This document shows, piece after piece, positions 16,568-26,957 of a stretch of DNA of 64,000 bases. The stretch is taken from assembly GCF_938028775.1 (NCBI RefSeq), contig NZ_CALIZG010000024.1:129672-193671 (forward strand), written 5' to 3'. This DNA is from Mogibacterium diversum (GTDB taxonomy: Bacteria > Bacillota > Clostridia > Peptostreptococcales > Anaerovoracaceae). The stretch's first letter is position 1, and each line of letters begins with the position of its first letter. A program made the position numbers and the translations under genes. The notes beneath the pieces were generated by a model, which saw nothing but the letters and a program-made list of their open reading frames with translations, had not been told where the DNA came from and made no database searches.

Positions 16568-18167
16568 ATACTGCGAACAAGAAAGCGCCGATTAATATCG
16601 TTGCTGGAATTGTTATAGCGAGTAGAATCTTTAGCACTTCACCCTCTTTGCCGAGAATGTTAGCTGTAGTCGTGCCTAAAATAATTTTACTTGGACTAAC
16701 TGCAGCACCAATAGCACCACCCGCAGTCTGAGCACCGAGTACGCCGGAAGTAGAAACATGCAGTAGATTAGCAGTAGTAACTTGGAATCCGCCAAATAAT
16801 ATATTTGAGCTCATGTTGCTAGCCGTCATAAATGTTCCGAGAAGACCAACAAACGGAGCAAGTAGTAGGTACTTGCTTCCGAGTACATTTGCAATTCCCT
16901 GCGATAGAACTATTGTCTGACCAGTGCCACCCATAATCTTCGACATTATTACAAGTCCGATTACAGCCATACCTGAAGGCATTGTCATTGAGATAGAGTT
17001 TGCAAAGGCAGTCTTTATGCCCCCCTCCTTTATCCAACCCTTCTTCTTATAGTAAATGAGCGCTATTATGGCTGCGAGGAAAAGAAACATGCTAGCCTGT
17101 GTAAATATCGCAATTGGCGAATAATTGTCACTGCTCATGTTTACAATTCCGTACCCCGTACGTGTTTCGGGAACTGTGATACCTATTTTAAAATGTCCAA
17201 GAGCTTCATTAACAGGCTTTATAGCTAGAACTGCAATCGTCATAGCTGATAAAAGCAAATATGGAAGAAATGCCTGAAATAGTGTCATGTCAGGAATTTC
17301 ACCTTCAGCTTTGTCGCTTCTTTCTGTTCTGTCCATGATTGAAGACTCTTCGATTTTCCAATCAGTATTATAGAGCTTCATCCTACCGAGAAGCATAACT
17401 ATAACAAGAGCTAAAACCGCAGGAATAAAGTTACTCAGCGTCGTATTAATCTGACTCAAAACTAGCTGTCCGCCTCCTCCAACAAGTGTCAGAATAAGAA
17501 CAGCGGGAAATGCCTTGCGAACAGCTCTTCCTTTACCATAGAACCAGCAAATAATAACACCTGTAACAAGATTCCACGCTAATAGAAATACCGCTGCCCA
17601 AAAAGCTGCCTTAAAATACTCATCACTTCCAGCTTTAATTCCAGCAGAATCAGCAAGTGCATCCCACGCTGCTCCCAATGTACCAAAGGTATTTCCCCAT
17701 GCTTGACCTAGAAGCGAGATTGCAACAGCATATATCGGTCTTACACCTATTCCTATTAATAGCGGTGCTCCAACTGCAACCGGAACCCCAAATCCAGTAA
17801 TTCCTTGTAAGAAACTTACAAACACCCAACCGAGAGCTAATATCAGCAGTAGCTCATTTGGGATGAGTTTGCTAAGCTCATTTTTTATTACTAGAAAAGC
17901 GTTCGCTTCTTGACCTGCTTGATATAGTAATATCGCGGTCCAGATGATTAAGAGTATTACCAAAGAACTCCATACACCTTTTGCACTCTCAACGGCAATA
18001 AGATTGGCTGGCGCTTTGTAAAACGTCATTGCAGATACAATTGTTACAATCAATCCAACTGGAGCAGCTTCAGTAGCACCCCAGCGGAATTTGATCATTA
18101 ATACGATTAATACGATGATTGGCAAGATAGCCATGCCCCACATCGCAAAATTAACAGGTATGTTCAT
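16557..18167 (-). CDS. LctP-family permease (lactate/glycolate permease family)
   Basis: 536 aa and polytopic. The block GWVFVSFLQGITGFGVPVAVGAPLLIGIGVRPIYAVAISLL matches the conserved LldP/GlcA core. Confidence 0.7.
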   Translation of the reverse strand: MNIPVNFAMWGMAILPIIVLIVLMIKFRWGATEAAPVGLIVTIVSAMTFYKAPANLIAVESAKGVWSSLVILLIIWTAILLYQAGQEANAFLVIKNELSKLIPNELLLILALGWVFVSFLQGITGFGVPVAVGAPLLIGIGVRPIYAVAISLLGQAWGNTFGTLGAAWDALADSAGIKAGSDEYFKAAFWAAVFLLAWNLVTGVIICWFYGKGRAVRKAFPAVLILTLVGGGGQLVLSQINTTLSNFIPAVLALVIVMLLGRMKLYNTDWKIEESSIMDRTERSDKAEGEIPDMTLFQAFLPYLLLSAMTIAVLAIKPVNEALGHFKIGITVPETRTGYGIVNMSSDNYSPIAIFTQASMFLFLAAIIALIYYKKKGWIKEGGIKTAFANSISMTMPSGMAVIGLVIMSKIMGGTGQTIVLSQGIANVLGSKYLLLAPFVGLLGTFMTASNMSSNILFGGFQVTTANLLHVSTSGVLGAQTAGGAIGAAVSPSKIILGTTTANILGKEGEVLKILLAITIPATILIGAFLFAVFGI

Positions 18168-18219
18168 TTTCTTAATAACTCCTATGAATTATACGGACAA
18201 TTATTTTATGCGGGATGAA

Positions 18220-19152
18220 TTATTTGTGAATAACCGTTCCCGTCTCTCCGTTTATACCTTCTTTAGCTTTCTCTAGCAGTGTGATAAGCGCATTTCTGCC
18301 TTCTCCAGATTCTGCAAAGCGGATAGCCGCTTCAACCTTAGGTAGCATTGAACCTTTTGCAAACTGCTCCTCAGCAATGTACTGATTAGCCTTATCAATT
18401 GAAAGATCCGATAACCACTCCTGGTTCTCCTTGCCGAAGTTGATGGCAACCTTTTCTACAGCTGTAAGGATTACGAGATAATCAGCCCCAATCTCTCTTG
18501 CAAGAAGACTCGAAGCGTTATCTTTATCTATTACAGCCTCTGCTCCAACAAGTTTACCACCTTCATCAAATACTGGAATTCCGCCACCTCCACAAGTGAT
18601 TACAACATGACCTGCTTCAGCAAGTGTTTTGATAGTTCCTAGCTCGCAGATTCTTAATGGCATTGGTGATGCAACCACCTTGCGGTAACCTCTGCCAGAG
18701 TCTTCAACTACTGAGACACCCTGTGCAACAATCTTGTCTGCTTCTTCCTTAGTCATAAAGCTTCCAATCGGTTTAGTTGGATTCTTAAATGCTTCATCAG
18801 CAGGATCAACGAGTGTCTGTGAGATAATCGATGATACCTTCTTATCCATTCCTCTCTTCTTTAGCTCGTATTTTATTGCGTTCTGAAGGTCGATTGCAAT
18901 GTATCCCTGTGACATAGCAACACTTGTAGGTAGCGGAACCGCACCATATCCATGGTGTGTAGCTGCAAGAGCATCCATTGCATTCTGAATCATTCCAACC
19001 TGAGGTCCATTCCCGTGTGTGACTATCAGGTCATGACCTTCAGCAATCAAATCAACGATTACTTTCGCAGTATGAGCAACAGCTTCACGCTGCTCATCAA
19101 CTGTGTTACCGAGTGCGTTTCCGCCTAGTGCGATGACAATCTTCTTTGCCAT
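18220..19152 (-). CDS. arcC: Carbamate kinase
   Basis: 310 aa with N-terminal MAKKIVIALGGNALG in the amino-acid kinase fold. Length and motifs are typical of ArcC/YbcF. Confidence 0.85.
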   Translation of the reverse strand: MAKKIVIALGGNALGNTVDEQREAVAHTAKVIVDLIAEGHDLIVTHGNGPQVGMIQNAMDALAATHHGYGAVPLPTSVAMSQGYIAIDLQNAIKYELKKRGMDKKVSSIISQTLVDPADEAFKNPTKPIGSFMTKEEADKIVAQGVSVVEDSGRGYRKVVASPMPLRICELGTIKTLAEAGHVVITCGGGGIPVFDEGGKLVGAEAVIDKDNASSLLAREIGADYLVILTAVEKVAINFGKENQEWLSDLSIDKANQYIAEEQFAKGSMLPKVEAAIRFAESGEGRNALITLLEKAKEGINGETGTVIHK

Positions 19153-19243
19153 ATTTATATCCCCCTTGATATCGTCTAATAATAGTAACGACCTGATTTC
19201 TCAGGCCGCTACGTTGTTTTGTCTTATAAGATTTCTATACGTT

Positions 19244-22200
19244 CTAGAAACCAAGCTTCTTTGCATACGCAAGAACTGCTTTTTCAAATGCCTCAATTGG
19301 TGGGTGCACTGTTCCGGCACCGATCTGACCAAATCCAGCAATCTTGTGAGCAATACCTGTATTGATTACAGGAGTGATTCCCTTCTCAACAACAAGTCTT
19401 GCGTCTATTCCTAGGCAAGTACCAGTGAAATTCCAATTTGGAATTATGTAATTAGGGTTTCTATCGATTGTGATCTCCGTCATCTCATTTGATGTATTTA
19501 GAGCATCCTCGTATCCACCAGCACCAACAAATCTTGTTACAGCTGGTGCAGCAATCATAGCCATACCACCAACTCCAACAGTTTCTGTAATAGCACTATC
19601 ACCGATATCTGGGCAAGCATCTTCACCGTCATATCCTGTAAAGTAGAGTCCTTGAGGTGTATTAACTGGTCCAGTGAACCACTCATCTCCCATACCTGCG
19701 ATACGGATTCCGAAATTTACACCATTTCTGCACATTGCAGTTACTACAGTTCCTTCTGTAAGTCTTCTAGCTCCATCCATGATTGACTTTCCTGTAGCCA
19801 TCATTATATTGAGGAAGAACTGATCTGTATCAGACAGGAACTTGATTACCTGAGACTTTTCATCCTCTGGCATATCCATATCAGTTATTATCGGTGCCAT
19901 TTCCTTTAGGAAGCATAGAGAAGCAGCGATATTTCTCTGGTGGAATTCATCACCCATAGCAATCGCTTTAGCAATTAATGGATTAACATTCAGTCCACCT
20001 TCGATGCTTCTTATAGCTCTTCCGAGTGTTGGACCTAGAACATCTCTCATCCATCTTAGTCTGTTTACAACCTCTTCTGAGTATGCACCGAATCTAAGAA
20101 CCTTTCCTATTCCTTCATTCATCTGGCAGTATGCATAATTACCGTCAGTTTCATTCTGAACTACGAATACTGGCATATGCTGAGTAGTAATTCCTCCCAT
20201 AGGACCTACTGCATTACAGTGGTGACAAGGGATGAACTTAATTTCTCCAGACTCAAGGAGCTTACGAGCATCAGCTTCGTTGTCTGCCCACTCTTCGAAC
20301 AATACTGCACCTACACAAGATCCCTGTACTGTAGCAGGCATATCCTTATACTCAATAGGAGGACCGGCGTGAAGAATAACTCTTCCATTGTTCTCGTTGA
20401 GCTCAGGGATAACCGTCATAGCTGGAACATTATCCTTCAGAACTGGCTGTGCAGCTACAACCTTAGCGATAACCTTGCGGTTTGCTTCGTCGATATCAAA
20501 CCCTTCGTAGTTTCTGAGGAAGTTAAGAGCTTTAATGAGCTCAATATTTCCTCCTGCTGGTGGCATCCAGTCATACTGAACTACATCGCATCCGAACTTA
20601 GCTGTAACTTCTGCAAAGCTCTTAAGACCGATGTTAATTACCTTTGGCTTGTGTGAAAGCATCGATAAAAGCTTTTCTGAAGGCTCAGCCGGAGTAAATT
20701 CCTTTACTTCCTTAGGTCTTGTTTCCTTTGGCTCCTCAGTGAATTTATATCCTACAGCTTCGATAGCCGTCTCAACAGCTAGCTTATTAGTCTCTGCAAC
20801 AATTACACCTGCATCCTGAAGCTTCTTAACAGATTCGTCATAACCCTGATAATCATTTCTTGTTCCGCAAACCTCAGCGACGAAGAATATCTCTCTATTC
20901 TGAGCTTTAGCCTTATTCTTTAGCGTCTCGACAGCTGGAATAAGGGCGCCAGCCATATCGTCATGAGAACCATATCCTAAAACAACGTCAAATAGGATTA
21001 CACCTGTGCTAGGATCGTCCATAGCCTCTTCCATGCATTCCACTCTCTTTGTAGGATCAATCATAGGATGTGGCTTACCCTGAGTATACATGTCATCACC
21101 TAGGTCGATTACAACGTGACCGTCGTGATTTAGCTTAAATCCATCTGCATGCGTATTATCAGTAATCTTAAGGGCATCCTTAATCATCATAGCGGCCTCA
21201 CCTGCCAATGTACCGCCGGAGTAATACGCTTTGATTGTCTTCTTATCTTCAGGGTTGAAGAACTTAGACCTGTCGCAATCAACAGTCCCTTCGGCCACTT
21301 TCTGACCTCTTACTAGGCTGACTGCAAGACGAGCACACTCATCAAGTGTATAAGTCTGATACAGACCTTCTTCATAATACTCTGGCTTCTCACCTAGGAA
21401 TAGGCAAACTACAGGTTTGCTGTAAACGCTAAGTCTTGCGGCAATCTTATCTCTTACTGACTTTGCAGGTGGTTTTGAGATAACTACGAGCACCTTAACT
21501 GTCTGATCCTTTTCCATAGCGTCGATGACATCCATCATAGTGGTACCACCAACTTCTTCAGAGAGGTCACGTCCACCGGTACCGATAGCATTTGTTACAC
21601 CTTCACCCAGTCTATCGATAATAGTTGTGAGCTCCTGAATACCCGTTCCTGAAGCACCAATGATGCCGATTGAACCAGGATTTACAGTGTTTGTGAATGC
21701 AATTGGCACACTCTGAATGATTCCAGTTCCACAGTCTGGACCCATTACCACGAGCCCTTTTTCGTGAGCCTTATCCTTGATTTTCTTCTCATCCTCAATC
21801 GTTACATTGTCAGAGAACATGAATACATTCATACCCTCGTCGAGAGCTCTATCTGCCTCAAGTGCAGCGTAAGCTCCTGGAATGGAGATTACTGCTAGGT
21901 TAGCATCTGGCATCTGCTTAAGCGCCTGATCCCAGCTCTTTGCTGATTTATTTCCTTCGCTTTTTTTATCAGCATTTGCTTCCTTTGCGAAGTACTCGTC
22001 AACCTTATCCATAAGCGCATCGAGCACGCTCTCTTCTGTTACATCAGCAACAACTACCATATCGTTGGCAGTTGCATTCATTAGCTCTTCAGTCTCAAGT
22101 CCACTCTGCTTAAAAATGTCCTTGTTAGCTGGAGTTGCCATCATGATGGATGCCTTGTTTACACCATCAACCGTTGAAACCGCATTGGTAAGTAGCATCA

Positions 22201-22249
22201 GGGTAACAGAATCATGATAACTTCCTGCTTTTACAATTGTCTTTAGCAT
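19244..22249 (-). CDS. FdrA–YlbE (DUF1116) fusion protein; oxamate carbamoyltransferase subunits AllF+AllG fused
   Basis: 1001 aa. The N-terminal half resembles FdrA/succinyl-CoA synthetase alpha (MMATPANK, CoA-binding and ligase-CoA folds). The C-terminal roughly 420 aa are DUF1116-like. E. coli FdrA (555 aa) plus YlbE (419 aa) total about 974 aa. Confidence 0.65.
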   Translation of the reverse strand: MLKTIVKAGSYHDSVTLMLLTNAVSTVDGVNKASIMMATPANKDIFKQSGLETEELMNATANDMVVVADVTEESVLDALMDKVDEYFAKEANADKKSEGNKSAKSWDQALKQMPDANLAVISIPGAYAALEADRALDEGMNVFMFSDNVTIEDEKKIKDKAHEKGLVVMGPDCGTGIIQSVPIAFTNTVNPGSIGIIGASGTGIQELTTIIDRLGEGVTNAIGTGGRDLSEEVGGTTMMDVIDAMEKDQTVKVLVVISKPPAKSVRDKIAARLSVYSKPVVCLFLGEKPEYYEEGLYQTYTLDECARLAVSLVRGQKVAEGTVDCDRSKFFNPEDKKTIKAYYSGGTLAGEAAMMIKDALKITDNTHADGFKLNHDGHVVIDLGDDMYTQGKPHPMIDPTKRVECMEEAMDDPSTGVILFDVVLGYGSHDDMAGALIPAVETLKNKAKAQNREIFFVAEVCGTRNDYQGYDESVKKLQDAGVIVAETNKLAVETAIEAVGYKFTEEPKETRPKEVKEFTPAEPSEKLLSMLSHKPKVINIGLKSFAEVTAKFGCDVVQYDWMPPAGGNIELIKALNFLRNYEGFDIDEANRKVIAKVVAAQPVLKDNVPAMTVIPELNENNGRVILHAGPPIEYKDMPATVQGSCVGAVLFEEWADNEADARKLLESGEIKFIPCHHCNAVGPMGGITTQHMPVFVVQNETDGNYAYCQMNEGIGKVLRFGAYSEEVVNRLRWMRDVLGPTLGRAIRSIEGGLNVNPLIAKAIAMGDEFHQRNIAASLCFLKEMAPIITDMDMPEDEKSQVIKFLSDTDQFFLNIMMATGKSIMDGARRLTEGTVVTAMCRNGVNFGIRIAGMGDEWFTGPVNTPQGLYFTGYDGEDACPDIGDSAITETVGVGGMAMIAAPAVTRFVGAGGYEDALNTSNEMTEITIDRNPNYIIPNWNFTGTCLGIDARLVVEKGITPVINTGIAHKIAGFGQIGAGTVHPPIEAFEKAVLAYAKKLGF

Positions 22250-22268
22250 TTATTCTCTCCCTTTTATA

Positions 22269-23321
22269 TTAGTCAGCAAATCTATTCTTGTGATCATATC
22301 TATTGAAGTGAACCGGTTCACCCTTTAGATACTCGACTAGTTCATCTGCAACATCTAAACCACCTGTTGCATAAGCCTTTTCCATTCTATTCTTAGCTCT
22401 CTCACCAGGGAAGTTTACCTTATCAAATCCTGGAGCAGGCTTCATTGTATCAAGTTCGTCTAAGCACTGACTCATAGCCTTCTTGAAGGCCTCTGCACCA
22501 ACAAATCTCTCTGGGTCAATTACGATATGCATCTGTCCAAGTCTTCTGCCCTCTGAAAGATCATGATACATGGAGCTAACATGACCACCGAATGGTACAC
22601 CAAGAAGAATTCCAGAGAAGACATCTACGAGCATCATGAGTCCATACCCCTTAGCTCCAGCAATAGGGTTAAGAGCATTAACCTTATGTGGGTCTGTTAC
22701 AGGAGCACCATTCTCATCTACCGCCCAATCTGCAGGAATTTCCTCATGCTTAGATCTCTTATCTAAAATCTTTCCCCAAGCCTGAACTGTAGTAGCCATA
22801 TCGAATACTACCTTTCTATCATCGGCGGTTGGAGCTGCAAATGACATAGGGTTTGTTCCGTAATATGGTTCAGCACCACCGTAAGGAACTGCCATAGGAT
22901 CTGACTGGCAGAACGAAATTGCTAGTAGCCCTTCATCCGCAGCCATCTCGGTGTAGTAACCAATGGATCCTGAGTGTGACAGGTTTGCCATTCCCACAAC
23001 AGCGATTCCATTCTTCTTAGCCATTTCAATAGCTTTTTCCATGCCTACCTTAGCAACAGTAAAACCTATTCCATTATCTCCATCAAGAATTCCAGAGCAT
23101 GGTCCAGTTTCCTTCCAAGTCATGTTTGGCTCAACCGTGATTCCACCTTTAGCAATTCTCTCACTATAATACTCAACTCTTACGGCACCGTGAGAATAGT
23201 AACCTCTTTCATGAGCCCAAGTAAGGATTTCTGCTGCAGTCTCAGCGTCATCAGCATGTAGTCCCGCCTGCATGAGCTTATCTTTCATCAGGCCCTTTAG
23301 TTCTTCTCTAGATAATTTCAC
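22269..23321 (-). CDS. allD: Ureidoglycolate dehydrogenase (Ldh_2 family)
   Basis: The core blocks GYYSHGAVRVEYY, GTNPMSFAAP and DMATTVQAWGKILD match AllD closely. The likely start is a GTG at 23321 preceded by GGAGG; the ORF-track start is at 23351. Confidence 0.8.
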   Translation of the reverse strand: MKLSREELKGLMKDKLMQAGLHADDAETAAEILTWAHERGYYSHGAVRVEYYSERIAKGGITVEPNMTWKETGPCSGILDGDNGIGFTVAKVGMEKAIEMAKKNGIAVVGMANLSHSGSIGYYTEMAADEGLLAISFCQSDPMAVPYGGAEPYYGTNPMSFAAPTADDRKVVFDMATTVQAWGKILDKRSKHEEIPADWAVDENGAPVTDPHKVNALNPIAGAKGYGLMMLVDVFSGILLGVPFGGHVSSMYHDLSEGRRLGQMHIVIDPERFVGAEAFKKAMSQCLDELDTMKPAPGFDKVNFPGERAKNRMEKAYATGGLDVADELVEYLKGEPVHFNRYDHKNRFAD

Positions 23322-23359
23322 TTTTTTTCCTCCATGAACCTGTATATACAAATTCTATC

Positions 23360-23397
23360 TATAAAAACAGGTCCGCATCTATGACGCGAACCTGTTA
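23360..23397 (-). terminator. Candidate internal attenuator/terminator between allE and allD
   Basis: An imperfect hairpin ACAGGTTCGCG…GCGGACCTGT on the minus strand followed by TTTTTAT. Confidence 0.35.
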
Positions 23398-23423
23398 CCA
23401 ACAATTCTTAATATTGCTTAAAC

Positions 23424-24209
23424 TTACAGCTCAACGTCTCTGTTGCAATCCTTTGAGTAGATGTAGATAAAGTCTTCAGTACCTACACCGTAGCAAGCCT
23501 GTGGTACGTATGAATCCATGAATACATAGTCACCCTTCTGTAGAGGAACCCACTCATCATCTAGTACGTACATTCCCTTGCCCTGTAGGAAGTATGCGCC
23601 ATGCTCCTGAATGTGAGTTTCGATATATCCATGGCATGCACCTGGAGCAAATTTCAGCACGTGCATGTTCATATCAAATCCTAGATCCTCTGCAGCTGGA
23701 AGGAAGTCTTTGCTCTGACAGTTCGTCATGCCCTCGTAATCCTTCCAAGGTGTATCGTTAATATTTGCAACAACTGTGTAAGCTTCTTTTCCAGGAAGTG
23801 GATTGTATCTTCTTCTGTAGATATAAACGAAAGCGTCCTTGTCGCTATTGTTTACGAAACTGAATGGCTTATCTGCTGGCGAATAAATGTAACCACCTTC
23901 TGTTAAATCAGCTTCTTTATCAGCATTCTTTACTGTAAGCTCTCCACTAATTACATATAGAAAAGATTCGATTCCGTCTCCACCAATCTTGTCGTTCTTT
24001 CCGCCTGGGTGAACTGTTGAAATATAATCAGCAAATGATGCGCCCATAGCGGGTGAACCTAGAATAGTTGTATCGCAGTTCTCGTAGCCCGGAATAACGT
24101 TCTTAACGATGCCGTCTGGCTCAAGAATAGTGTACTTACCCTTCTTATAAACAGATCTTGTCGAAAGCAGTGTCTCTCTGTAACCGGTATTATTGTTTAA
24201 ATAACTCAT
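23424..24209 (-). CDS. allE: (S)-ureidoglycine aminohydrolase (bicupin)
   Basis: 261 aa, near-colinear with E. coli AllE/YlbA (LGFDMNMH, APGA-HGYIETH-QEHGAY, SKDCNRDVE). Confidence 0.85.
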   Translation of the reverse strand: MSYLNNNTGYRETLLSTRSVYKKGKYTILEPDGIVKNVIPGYENCDTTILGSPAMGASFADYISTVHPGGKNDKIGGDGIESFLYVISGELTVKNADKEADLTEGGYIYSPADKPFSFVNNSDKDAFVYIYRRRYNPLPGKEAYTVVANINDTPWKDYEGMTNCQSKDFLPAAEDLGFDMNMHVLKFAPGACHGYIETHIQEHGAYFLQGKGMYVLDDEWVPLQKGDYVFMDSYVPQACYGVGTEDFIYIYSKDCNRDVEL

Positions 24210-24562
24210 GAAGTTTACCTCTCTTCCTCATGTTTAATAATAATAGACTTTTAACTTGGCGAAACTTATCAACCAATTTTCTATAACAATTTAATCATCT
24301 TTCAACCTTTTTTTCAAGTGTTAGTTTGAAATTTTATGTTCTAAATATCGACCTTATTGCTTTTTTGAATTTTATCTGATAGTGTTATATCATTCTATAC
24401 GATTTCATTGTATTTATCATGTATTTTCAAGCTTTTTAAGATATATTTATTTTGCATATTTTATAATTCAATGATATTTAAATATACAATATCTATTTAT
24501 ATTCATTAATTTATAATTCATTGGTTAGATAATTTTTATTTTTAACATAAAAATTTTTTTGG

Positions 24563-25441
24563 ATGGCAAGCGAAGGAGTTATTAAAATTATGTTAAATGT
24601 TAAGAATATTACGGTTTCAAAAGAAAACAGTATTAACTCGTCAAGAAGATTCACTCTTTATTCCCCTAGCGATTCTACTCTACGCGCTTTAATCGTATAC
24701 ATACACGGCGGCGGACTGCTATGCGGTAATGCGAAGGATTTACCAGAATTACATAAAGAGAGATTGACAGACGAGGGTTACGCAATTTTAGCTATTGATT
24801 ATCCTCTTGCCCCGCAGGTGAAGATTGATGCTATTCTAGAAGACATAATTGATTCTATAAATAATTGTTTTAAGCTAACTGAACTTAGAAGCAATCTCCC
24901 ATTATTTGTCTGGGGGCGATCTGCAGGCGCTTACCTCGCATTGCTCGCATCTGCTAGCGATAAGCTCCACCTTAAATTGAACGGAATAATTTCGTACTAC
25001 GGTTATGGATTTCTATGTGACAGCTGGTATGACACGCCAAGCCCATACTATATGAACCTTCCTATTGTCGAAGAAGCCTCTACAAAGATTCACGATAAAG
25101 AAATCGTATATCGAGGGGATATAGCTAACTATTTCAGCACATATATATACGCAAGGCAGACTGGAAAATGGAAAGACTTGATCTACGAGGGCCGCGATAA
25201 ATATTTCTTTTTGTTATACACGTTAAGAGCCGTAGATAGTCTTCCAGCGCCTTTATTTGCTGCACATAGTGCAGGTGACACAGATGTTCCATATAGCGAA
25301 TTCATCGCCTTATGTAATAAATATCATCCGGATAAATTCATTGCCTCTATACCTGAACATGACTTCGACAGGAATACGAATGAACCTGAGACAGTTGAAC
25401 TTCTTAATAAGACTATTTCATTTGTATCAAATAATATTTAA
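24563..25441 (+). CDS. Alpha/beta-hydrolase fold esterase (HSL-like HGGG family)
   Basis: 292 aa with an oxyanion-hole motif (YIHGGGLLCGN) and a nucleophile elbow (GRSAGAY). The gene and its flanks are markedly AT-rich. Confidence 0.7.
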   Translation: MASEGVIKIMLNVKNITVSKENSINSSRRFTLYSPSDSTLRALIVYIHGGGLLCGNAKDLPELHKERLTDEGYAILAIDYPLAPQVKIDAILEDIIDSINNCFKLTELRSNLPLFVWGRSAGAYLALLASASDKLHLKLNGIISYYGYGFLCDSWYDTPSPYYMNLPIVEEASTKIHDKEIVYRGDIANYFSTYIYARQTGKWKDLIYEGRDKYFFLLYTLRAVDSLPAPLFAAHSAGDTDVPYSEFIALCNKYHPDKFIASIPEHDFDRNTNEPETVELLNKTISFVSNNI

Positions 25442-25478
25442 ATATAATTAGATACTATGAGGGATTCCGTATGAAATT

Positions 25479-25943
25479 TCATCGGAATCTTCTCATAATA
25501 TATTTTAACTTTGGTTTCTCAATTATTTTCTCTATTATAAACCCTTGTTTTTCATATAGGTTCTTAGCAACTTTATTAGAATCAAAAACTGATAAGGTAA
25601 TGCTATTAACGTCTTTATTACCGAAAATGTATTTTAGAAATTCTTTTAATGCCATTGAACCTAAGCCCATACCTGTTTTTTCAGGATTTATTACAAACCT
25701 ACCGATGTGGATACTATCTATACTTGACCTTATTTCTTGTATTATCCCGACAAACTCATCATCATTGAAAATTGAAAAAACATTTTCAAGTTTTCTTATT
25801 TTGTCACAATCAAGCGGATAAGATACCTTGTTCCCCATCCATTGTTCTTGAAAATCCTTTCCCTTATCATTAGACCATTCACATAAAGACAATGCATTAG
25901 TATCATTTATGCCTTTTTCAATTAAGATATTCATACAACTCAA
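25479..25943 (-). CDS. GNAT family N-acetyltransferase
   Basis: 154 aa with an acetyl-CoA binding motif (RFVINPEKTGMGLGSMALKEF). It lies 19 nt downstream of the SIR2 gene on the same strand. Confidence 0.7.
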   Translation of the reverse strand: MSCMNILIEKGINDTNALSLCEWSNDKGKDFQEQWMGNKVSYPLDCDKIRKLENVFSIFNDDEFVGIIQEIRSSIDSIHIGRFVINPEKTGMGLGSMALKEFLKYIFGNKDVNSITLSVFDSNKVAKNLYEKQGFIIEKIIEKPKLKYIMRRFR

Positions 25944-25961
25944 ATTCTCCTAAGCTATTGA

Positions 25962-26957
25962 TTAGAACTGCAGTATTGTTTCAAGCACATCACCGATATC
26001 ACTGCTTATACAAATGCTTCTCTCTTCAAGTTCTGATGGGCAGAAAGCCTCACCGTAATTGACACACGCATAAGTTGAGTTATTATTCGTAATCGCCATC
26101 TGCCAGAATGGGAACTTTATTATCACCGGTGTGTTTGCACCGACACCTAGCTCGAGAAATAGCACATTCATGTTCTCGTGTCTGCGCAGGAAATCCGAAT
26201 ATCTTGCCGAAGCATCTCGCCAGCCACCATCTTCGACGAAAGTCCCATCAGCTCTAAGGTTATTTGTTACTGGTCCTCCTGTGGTTGGCATAACAGGAAT
26301 TAGTTCAGAAGGTATCTGCATCTTGATTGACTTATCACTAGGAACATCGAATTCGCCAGAATCATCGCGTATAAATCCCTGTGCCTCCATAGCTCTATTG
26401 ACCCAGACTTCGTTGTCAAAGGTAATGCCATCCTTACCATCCTCACTTTGGAACAGCCCGAAGTCCCCCTGTGTATAGAATAGTCTCTTTTTATCAAAAC
26501 CTGCCCGCTGGAACTGATGATCAACATTCGTAGTTACTACAAAATAATCTTTTCCATTAACAACCTTAAGTAAATTTTCATAGACAGGCTTAGGAGCCTT
26601 TATATATCTATTATAATAAATTGCCCTTGCCCACCATGCCCAGCGAGTTTCATCGTTAGGAAATGGAAAAAAGCCGCCTGAATATATATCGGTTATTCCA
26701 TACTCCTCTGCAAAATCAAAAAAATATCTTTCAAATCGTTCGCCGCTATACGTAAAACCCGCCGATGTTGAAAGTCCTGCCCCTGCTCCGATGATTACAG
26801 CATCGGCTGCATCCATAGCCACCACCAGCTTTTCCGTTCTTTCTTGAATAGAGCCTTCACCATAAACCATCTGGCCATTGAGGTAGCTCATAACCGCCTG
26901 CCCTCTCTTTATGCTCTCTATATATCCATTAGGTCTATCTCTAAATAAGTCTCTCAT
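25962..26957 (-). CDS. SIR2/sirtuin-fold protein, class-M (SirTM)-like
   Basis: 331 aa with a Rossmann NAD motif (VIIGAGAGLSTSAGFTYSG) and a TTNVDHQFQRAG block matching the sirtuin TQNIDxLHxxAG. There is no Zn-ribbon Cys4. It overlaps the upstream macrodomain gene by 17 nt. Confidence 0.65.
   Translation of the reverse strand: MRDLFRDRPNGYIESIKRGQAVMSYLNGQMVYGEGSIQERTEKLVVAMDAADAVIIGAGAGLSTSAGFTYSGERFERYFFDFAEEYGITDIYSGGFFPFPNDETRWAWWARAIYYNRYIKAPKPVYENLLKVVNGKDYFVVTTNVDHQFQRAGFDKKRLFYTQGDFGLFQSEDGKDGITFDNEVWVNRAMEAQGFIRDDSGEFDVPSDKSIKMQIPSELIPVMPTTGGPVTNNLRADGTFVEDGGWRDASARYSDFLRRHENMNVLFLELGVGANTPVIIKFPFWQMAITNNNSTYACVNYGEAFCPSELEERSICISSDIGDVLETILQF

Noticed and set aside
20177-20819. Plus-strand ORFs of 159 and 62 aa
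   Set aside because: Antisense to the well-supported 1001-aa FdrA–YlbE gene. No independent support.
19244-22249. The 1001-aa ORF as a mis-join of two genes
   Set aside because: The reading frame is continuous, with no internal start or ribosome-binding site at the expected FdrA/YlbE junction. The combined length matches the sum of the two E. coli proteins. Given the homopolymer issues seen elsewhere, read-level confirmation is still advisable.
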